Assembly: GCA_963727625.1 (NCBI GenBank)
Contig: CAVSHR010000004.1
Span: forward strand, 32,001-96,000
DNA from: an uncultured delta proteobacterium
GTDB lineage: Bacteria > Desulfobacterota > Binatia > UBA9968
Direction: 5' to 3'
DNA length: 64,000 bases
In this document: positions 58,660 through 64,000 of the stretch, piece by piece
Layout of the letters: each line of letters begins with the position of its first letter
Position numbering within the stretch: the first letter of the stretch is position 1
The notes under the pieces: generated by a model
Told to the model about the DNA's origin: nothing
The model's database searches: none
Seen by the model: only the letters and a program-made list of their open reading frames with translations
Program-made: the position numbers and the translations under genes

Positions 58660-59676
58660 ATGAAAATCGATATCGAGTTCAACTCCGGCGCGCAGCTCCC
58701 CTTGGATGCCGTCCCCGGGTTGGCGCAATTGGCTGAATCCCACGGCTTCGACTGCGCTTGGGGAGGCGAAGCGAACAATAAAGACCCCACGGTCATGTTG
58801 TCGGCCATTGCCGCTGTAACCACCAGACTAAAGGTTGGTTCGGCGGTGTACCACATTCTCGGCCGGACGCCGGCGACGCTGGCGCTCCAGGCAGTGGGCC
58901 TGGATGAGCTTTCCTCGGGCCGTTTCCTGCTCGGTGTCGGCTCGTCAAATCCGACGATTGCCAAGTGGCATGGGCAAACCATGGATCATCCGCTAGGCCG
59001 TGTCCAAGAATATCTCGACATCGTGCGTGCGGCCTTGCGGTGCGAGAAACTGAATTTCGCAGGCAAGTATTTTTCGGCGCAGAATTTCAAGCTTGCTTTT
59101 AAGCCCTCCGGCCGGGTGATTCCGATCTATCTCGCGGCGTTCGGACCGAAGATGACGCGTTTGGCCGGCCGCATTTCGGACGGAGTATTGATCAACATGG
59201 CCAACCCCGTCGAGATTCGCCGGATCGCCTCTGAGGTCAGGGCAGGCGCCCAAGAGGCCGGCAAAGATCCTGCGGCGATGGAGATTATCTGTAAGATTCG
59301 CTGTTCAATCGCTCATAATTACAGCGTGGCGCGCGACGCGCTAAGCCATGCGCTTGCCTACTATGCGTTGGCCGATTATTACCGCGAGCTTTTGGGGCGC
59401 ATGGGTTTCGCCGCGGAAGTCGAAGCGATGCGTGCGGCTTGGAAGAATGAAGGATTTCACGCTGCCCGGCGTTTGATCACCGACCGGATGTTCAGTTCCT
59501 TGCCTCTGGTGGCCGCAACTACGGCAGTGGAAGTCGTCGAACAAATCCGGCCGTACGCAGAAGCGGGTGCGACTCGGATTATCCTGCCCTACGTCGGAGC
59601 GTCGGACGATATGGTCGGCGAAATGAAAAGCTTCATCGAATATTGGAACCCGGCAGTGACCAGCGCTATCGGTTGA
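58660..59676 (+). CDS. LLM-class flavin/F420-dependent oxidoreductase
   Basis: LAESHGFD..W, SSGRFLLGVG and PIYLAAFGPKM.RLAG..SDG motifs. Confidence 0.88.
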   Translation: MKIDIEFNSGAQLPLDAVPGLAQLAESHGFDCAWGGEANNKDPTVMLSAIAAVTTRLKVGSAVYHILGRTPATLALQAVGLDELSSGRFLLGVGSSNPTIAKWHGQTMDHPLGRVQEYLDIVRAALRCEKLNFAGKYFSAQNFKLAFKPSGRVIPIYLAAFGPKMTRLAGRISDGVLINMANPVEIRRIASEVRAGAQEAGKDPAAMEIICKIRCSIAHNYSVARDALSHALAYYALADYYRELLGRMGFAAEVEAMRAAWKNEGFHAARRLITDRMFSSLPLVAATTAVEVVEQIRPYAEAGATRIILPYVGASDDMVGEMKSFIEYWNPAVTSAIG

Positions 59677-59692
59677 TTAAGGAGAGACGTAA

Positions 59693-60094
59693 ATGCCCTT
59701 CGAACTCGTTGATCCCGCAGGGCTGGAATCGCCGGTGGGGTATGCTCATGTCGCCAAGATTACTGGCGGCACAGTAATCCATGTTGCCGGGCAAGCTCCC
59801 TTCAATGAAAAAGGCGAGGTTGTCGGCAGGGGGGATTTCATCGCTCAATTTACTCAGGTCATGGGCAATCTCAAGAAGGCCATTGAAGCGGTTGGTGGGC
59901 GAACCGACCAGTATGCGGTGTTAACAATTTATATCACGAATTTAGAGGCTTACTGGAATAACAAAAAGTCGCTGGGTAGGGCGTATCGGTCGGTCTTTGG
60001 TAAGTATTTTCCGGCGATCACCCTGGTCGAGGTAAAACGGCTTTACGACCCAGACTGCATGATCGAGATTTCCGGCGTGGCCGTCATGGATTAG
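59693..60094 (+). CDS. RidA/YjgF family protein
   Basis: Y.H, VAGQ, PAITLVEV and IEI motifs. Confidence 0.85.
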   Translation: MPFELVDPAGLESPVGYAHVAKITGGTVIHVAGQAPFNEKGEVVGRGDFIAQFTQVMGNLKKAIEAVGGRTDQYAVLTIYITNLEAYWNNKKSLGRAYRSVFGKYFPAITLVEVKRLYDPDCMIEISGVAVMD

Positions 60095-60236
60095 CAGCGA
60101 CGCGGATGGCTTTGTAGGAGTTTTCCTTCTTCTGGCACCATAATTTGCGTCGAAATCGACAATATCTGCTCAATTTACTGACAGCTTTTTGCAAGGCCAG
60201 CATCCGAATTCTCGATAATTCAAGAGGTTAAATTCA

Positions 60237-60252
60237 TGGCACGTGTGTTGCA
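60237..60252 (+). promoter_or_regulatory. Sigma54 (-24/-12) promoter
   Basis: TGGCACGTGTGTTGCA matches TGGCAC-N5-TTGCW exactly, about 52 nt upstream of ORF 60305. Confidence 0.75.
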
Positions 60253-60304
60253 TTTCCTAAGGAGTATCACATTAGAGGACAGTTGACGTAAGCGGATAAA
60301 TAAG

Positions 60305-60505
60305 ATGAACACACTACCAGCTCTAGATAGAAACCGGGATCAGGACCTCTTTGAAAGCGTGACAGAGGAAGAGATCATTCATTTGTGGCGTTCAATCAAG
60401 GGGCGGGGGCTATCCGAAGACGAAGCATGGCAGGCCGTCGTAACCGGTATCGCCCTCGATATGGCGTTCTCTAAAAGCAAAAACTGCATTCACATAGAGC
60501 ACTAA
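60305..60505 (+). CDS. Small hypothetical protein (66 aa)
   Basis: ORF positioned after a perfect sigma54 promoter; acidic, helical-looking composition. Confidence 0.5.
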   Translation: MNTLPALDRNRDQDLFESVTEEEIIHLWRSIKGRGLSEDEAWQAVVTGIALDMAFSKSKNCIHIEH

Positions 60506-60691
60506 AAATCATTTCTACGTGAGTCTGAGACCCGTTTGCCCAGGTTTGTGCGGCGACCGGTTGTTCTTCCCACCCAATATCCGAGGGACAGGCCGGCTCT
60601 AGGGGGAGCTTGCCTTAGCTGTGGTTCGCGTTGACTCCCTTTGAAAAATTTGGTTGAATCTTTAAGTACTTACTTCTTTTGGGGGCCAGTT

Positions 60692-60880
60692 ATGTCACGC
60701 ATCACGGTAGAAGATTGTCTGGAAAAAGTCAGCAATCGCTTCGAGCTGGTTATGCTCGCTTCGAAGCGAGCTAGACGGCTATTCGGAGGGGCGAAGCCCT
60801 TGATCGAATCCGACAACCGTGAGGTCGTGGTAGCGTTGCGGGAAATCGCGGATGGGAAAGTGAGAAAGGCTGCCAATTAG
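60692..60880 (+). CDS. rpoZ: RNA polymerase omega subunit
   Basis: [25 protein letters not shown]...ALREIA. Confidence 0.95.
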   Translation: MSRITVEDCLEKVSNRFELVMLASKRARRLFGGAKPLIESDNREVVVALREIADGKVRKAAN

Positions 60881-60997
60881 GCTCGACGACCGCCGCGTGC
60901 CGGCACGCGCTTACGATCCCTCTTAGCTCAATTAGTTCGATACCTGTTCGCGTTCGCAATTCTTGAACGCTCGAATAACTTTTTTTAATCGCACTCT

Positions 60998-61984
60998 TTG
61001 GTGGTGAGGGTGACGAATTCGCTCATGACCGAAGACGAAAAGAACAACGAGCTAAACTTCGCAGTCGCCGAAATCGCTCTCCCAAAAGTTGCCGAAGCGG
61101 AGGACGGCGATGAAAATTCGCGGGACAAAGCGCTTGTCCCGTTTGACCCGGTCCAGCGCTACCTAGCTGAGATTCGCCGTTTCCCGTTGCTTAACCGGGA
61201 GGACGAGCACAAACTCGCCGTCAAATATAAAGAGTACAGCGACATCGAAGCAGCTTACAAATTGGTGGCGTCGAATCTTCGGCTCGTCGTCATGATCGCA
61301 CGCGAGTATCAAAGGGCCTTCAAGAACCTTTTGGACCTGATTCAGGAAGGCAACATGGGGTTGATGGAGGCCGTGAAAAATTTCGACCCCTATCGCGGCG
61401 TTCGCTTTCCGTCCTACGCGGTCTGGTGGATTCGCGCCTACATGATTCGCTACATCATGAACGACTGGCGCATGGTGAAGATCGGCACCACCCAGGCGCA
61501 GCGAAAACTGTTTTTCAATCTCCAGAAAGAAAAGGAAAAAATCGAAGCCGAGGGAATGACGCCAGGGCCCAAGCTGCTTGCCCAAAGATTGAACGTTAAA
61601 GAAGACGAAGTCGTCGAGATGGAGCAACGGCTATCGAGCCGGGATTTGTCGGTCGACGTGCCTCTGGGCGATGACGATGAGGCGACACTGCTCAATTTTT
61701 TGCAGGACAATAAGCAAACGCCGGAAGAGCAGATCGCCGAAGCCCAATATCGCGAGTTATTGCAAGAAAAAATGGAGCAATTCGCCAAAGGGTTGAAGGA
61801 CAAAGAGCTGGTCATTTACCGCGAGCGGCTTTTGAACGAGGAGCCGCTCACGCTCCGAGAGATCGGCGAAAAATACGGCATCAGCCGCGAGCGAGTGCGC
61901 CAGATCGAGGAGCGGGTAAAGAAGAAACTCAAGACCTTTCTTAAAGACTTCAAGGACCTAACCAACGCCTCCGGACCGGATTAG
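60998..61984 (+). CDS. rpoH: RNA polymerase sigma-32 factor (start may be ATG 61026)
   Basis: DLIQEGN.GLM.AV, YAVWWIRA, RpoH-box-like QRKLFFNLQ and SRERVRQIE motifs. Confidence 0.88.
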   Translation: MVVRVTNSLMTEDEKNNELNFAVAEIALPKVAEAEDGDENSRDKALVPFDPVQRYLAEIRRFPLLNREDEHKLAVKYKEYSDIEAAYKLVASNLRLVVMIAREYQRAFKNLLDLIQEGNMGLMEAVKNFDPYRGVRFPSYAVWWIRAYMIRYIMNDWRMVKIGTTQAQRKLFFNLQKEKEKIEAEGMTPGPKLLAQRLNVKEDEVVEMEQRLSSRDLSVDVPLGDDDEATLLNFLQDNKQTPEEQIAEAQYRELLQEKMEQFAKGLKDKELVIYRERLLNEEPLTLREIGEKYGISRERVRQIEERVKKKLKTFLKDFKDLTNASGPD

Positions 61985-62142
61985 TCGCCGCTGTGGCACC
62001 GTCAGCGGTGCGGCCTCATCGTTCGACAACCAGGATTCGTCGTCGCGCCAAATTGCGATAGGCTCGGGATTATAATGCATGCGCGAGCGTGCGCTTTGGT
62101 TGCGCGCTTAACCGAGTTCTGATACCAAAACAAAAGAATTGA

Positions 62143-62610
62143 TTGGGAGGAAGTTCTTTGCAATTTCAAAAAGAAGTGGAAATCCTCGCGCCCCGTGAAA
62201 AGGTTTGGAATTTTATCTGGGACGTGGATCGTTTCATCGCGTGCGTGCCAGGATGTAAAGAAGCGAAGACCCTCGAAGAGGGCAAAAAATATTCAGCGAC
62301 GATGGTAGAAAAAGTGGGTCCCTTCAAGGTGGAATTTCCCACCAACATCGAAGTCCTCGAACGTCAGGAGCTGACCCATATCAAAGCGCAAGCCTCGGGC
62401 GCCGACAATAAAGTCGGCAGCCGCATGAAAATCGACCTCGATGTCAATTTACGCGAGCAAGATAACAGTACCATCCTCGGGTTCGTCGCTACGGTTGACA
62501 TCCTCGGTAAACTCGCGGCGTTGGGGCATGGCATTATCAAGCGCAAAGCGGATCAAGTGCTTGATGAGTTTGCCTTAGCGGTCAAGAAGCGCTTGGAAGG
62601 AGATTCTTAA
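62143..62610 (+). CDS. coxG: CoxG/SRPBCC family protein
   Basis: EKVW......CVPG, KVGP and GKLAALG...I motifs; adjacent to coxM-like and coxS-like genes. Confidence 0.8.
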   Translation: MGGSSLQFQKEVEILAPREKVWNFIWDVDRFIACVPGCKEAKTLEEGKKYSATMVEKVGPFKVEFPTNIEVLERQELTHIKAQASGADNKVGSRMKIDLDVNLREQDNSTILGFVATVDILGKLAALGHGIIKRKADQVLDEFALAVKKRLEGDS

Positions 62611-63458
62611 TGCTACGTCGATTCCGCTTGGAGGAGCCGGAAACGGTCGCTGAAGCATCGGAGCTATTGGGACGATTCGGTGAAAGCGCGAGGATTTACG
62701 CGGGTGGCACGGAGTTACTTCTGGCGATGAAAGAGGGGTTGGTGCAGTACGAGCGGCTGGTCAATCTCAAAAAGTTGACGGGTTTGAGCGAAGTTGAGCA
62801 AGATGGCAGCAAGATTCGCATCGGCGCCCTTTGCACGCATCACCAATTGGAAGGTTCCGCGTTGTTGCAACAGAAACTGCCGGCGCTGGTTAAGCTGGAG
62901 CAAAATGTCGCCAACGTCCGCGTGCGGCAAGCCGGCACGTTCGGCGGCAACCTTTGCTTCGCCGAGCCGCATGCAGACCCCGGCACGCTCCTGATGGCGC
63001 TTGGCGCCACCCTGGTTGCGGCCAAGGCGACGAGCCAGCGCGAAATCGCCGCCCAAGAATTCTTCGTAGATGCCTATGAAACTTCGCTGCAAGCAGACGA
63101 AGTGCTAACGGAAATTTGCGTGCCTTTACCGTCGGCCGATTTCCGCAGCGCTTACTTGAAATTCGGCTATCTAGAGCGGCCGAGCGTCGGTGTCGCGGTG
63201 GCCTTTAAGTTAAACGGCGGTCTGAGCAATGTTCGCGTCGCCGTCGGTTGCGCCGGACCGGCGCCGCGCCGAGTGGAGGAGGCCGAGGCCATGCTCGAAG
63301 GCAAGAGCCGAGAAGAGGCGCAAAAAAAATTGACGCCGGCGGGTGCGGTGGCTGGACGAGCGGCCGAGGCGATCAGTGATCTGCATGGCTCGCAAGAGTA
63401 TAAAGAACATATCGTCGGGGTCCTGCTGAGGCGGGCCTTTCAGAACGCTATCGAGTGA
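62610..63458 (+). CDS. Xanthine dehydrogenase/CO dehydrogenase family FAD-binding subunit (CoxM-like)
   Basis: AGGTEL, IGAL and VR..GT.GGNL..A.P..D motifs. Confidence 0.9.
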   Translation: MLRRFRLEEPETVAEASELLGRFGESARIYAGGTELLLAMKEGLVQYERLVNLKKLTGLSEVEQDGSKIRIGALCTHHQLEGSALLQQKLPALVKLEQNVANVRVRQAGTFGGNLCFAEPHADPGTLLMALGATLVAAKATSQREIAAQEFFVDAYETSLQADEVLTEICVPLPSADFRSAYLKFGYLERPSVGVAVAFKLNGGLSNVRVAVGCAGPAPRRVEEAEAMLEGKSREEAQKKLTPAGAVAGRAAEAISDLHGSQEYKEHIVGVLLRRAFQNAIE

Positions 63459-63492
63459 CCGCGAGACGGAGTTTCGATCAGGGGGGGATTGA

Positions 63493-64000
63493 ATGGCCAC
63501 AGCGATGATGAAAAGTTCCGATATGCAATTAATTCCGGTGTCCTTTACTTTAAACGGCCGGTTACAGGAAATCGACGTCGAGCCGCACGAATTATTGCTT
63601 GATGTCGTGCGTGAGCGATTGGGGCTTACCGGCGCCAAGCGCTCTTGCGACGTGCAGGTTTGCGGCGCTTGCACACTGCTCCTCGACGGGCGGCCGGTCA
63701 GCGCCTGCACGACCCTTGCTTTCGAAGTGCGCGGCCGCTCGGTGTTGACCATCGAAGGCTTGGCGGACGGCGACGAGCTTCATCCCTTACAGCAGGCTTT
63801 TATCGAGCACGGCGGCTTTCAGTGCGGGTTTTGCACCCCGGGGATGATCTTAGCTGCCAAGGCTCTGTTGGATGAGAATCCGAACCCTAGCGAAAACGAG
63901 CTCAAACATTTCATGCACGGCAACTTGTGCCGCTGCACCGGCTACAAGAAGATCATCGAATCGATCATGGCCGCGGCGCAGAAGATGCGGTCAAAGGCTT
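63493..64000 (+). CDS. (2Fe-2S)-binding subunit (CoxS-like); stop lies beyond the window edge
   Basis: Manual translation gives GAKRSCDVQVCGACT...C, QCGFCTPG and GNLCRCTGY. Confidence 0.92.
   Translation, partial: MATAMMKSSDMQLIPVSFTLNGRLQEIDVEPHELLLDVVRERLGLTGAKRSCDVQVCGACTLLLDGRPVSACTTLAFEVRGRSVLTIEGLADGDELHPLQQAFIEHGGFQCGFCTPGMILAAKALLDENPNPSENELKHFMHGNLCRCTGYKKIIESIMAAAQKMRSKA

Noticed and set aside
60133-60148. Second sigma54-like motif TGGCACCATAATTTGC
   Set aside because: The GG-to-GC spacing is 11 nt rather than the required 10.
62143-64000. Aerobic CO dehydrogenase
   Set aside because: The large subunit with the diagnostic active-site loop is outside the window, so only a xanthine dehydrogenase-family call is supported.
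1-64000. Genome-wide TGA reassignment (genetic code 4 or 25) as the cause of the in-frame TGAs
   Set aside because: Many genes, including hemA, hemC, hemD and ogt, end normally at TGA, Trp is encoded by TGG, and the three internal TGAs fall only at catalytic Cys positions.

Overview
This is a GC-rich bacterial chromosomal window with about 60 genes and no rRNA, tRNA, CRISPR array or intact mobile element that I could recognise. The gene mix includes many orphan NMT1/THI5-type solute-binding proteins, amidohydrolases, two UbiD decarboxylases, a Rieske oxygenase, an LLM oxidoreductase, ccsA-hemA-hemC-hemD-hemB, rpoZ-rpoH and coxG/M/S. It resembles soil Deltaproteobacteria-like Candidatus Binatia, which is an inference from gene content only. 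The strongest hidden signal is three probable selenoproteins that the ORF track splits at an in-frame TGA located exactly at the catalytic Cys position. They are a PRXL2/SelU-like UxxC protein (9586-10134), a CxxU-PY glutathione S-transferase (41464-42027) and a signal-peptide-bearing, Cys-free peroxiredoxin next to cytochrome c' (52812-53360). Each TGA is followed by a short hairpin with a G-initiated 3-nt loop 19-22 nt downstream. Other notable observations are an ECF sigma-Ogt-EamA operon, a probable integron relic carrying a truncated defence-type nuclease, four genes collapsed to their two ends, a molybdoenzyme that appears to need an ATC start, two perfect sigma54 promoters, and three kinds of small intergenic repeat. 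All functional calls come from motif recognition by eye; no database searches were run.
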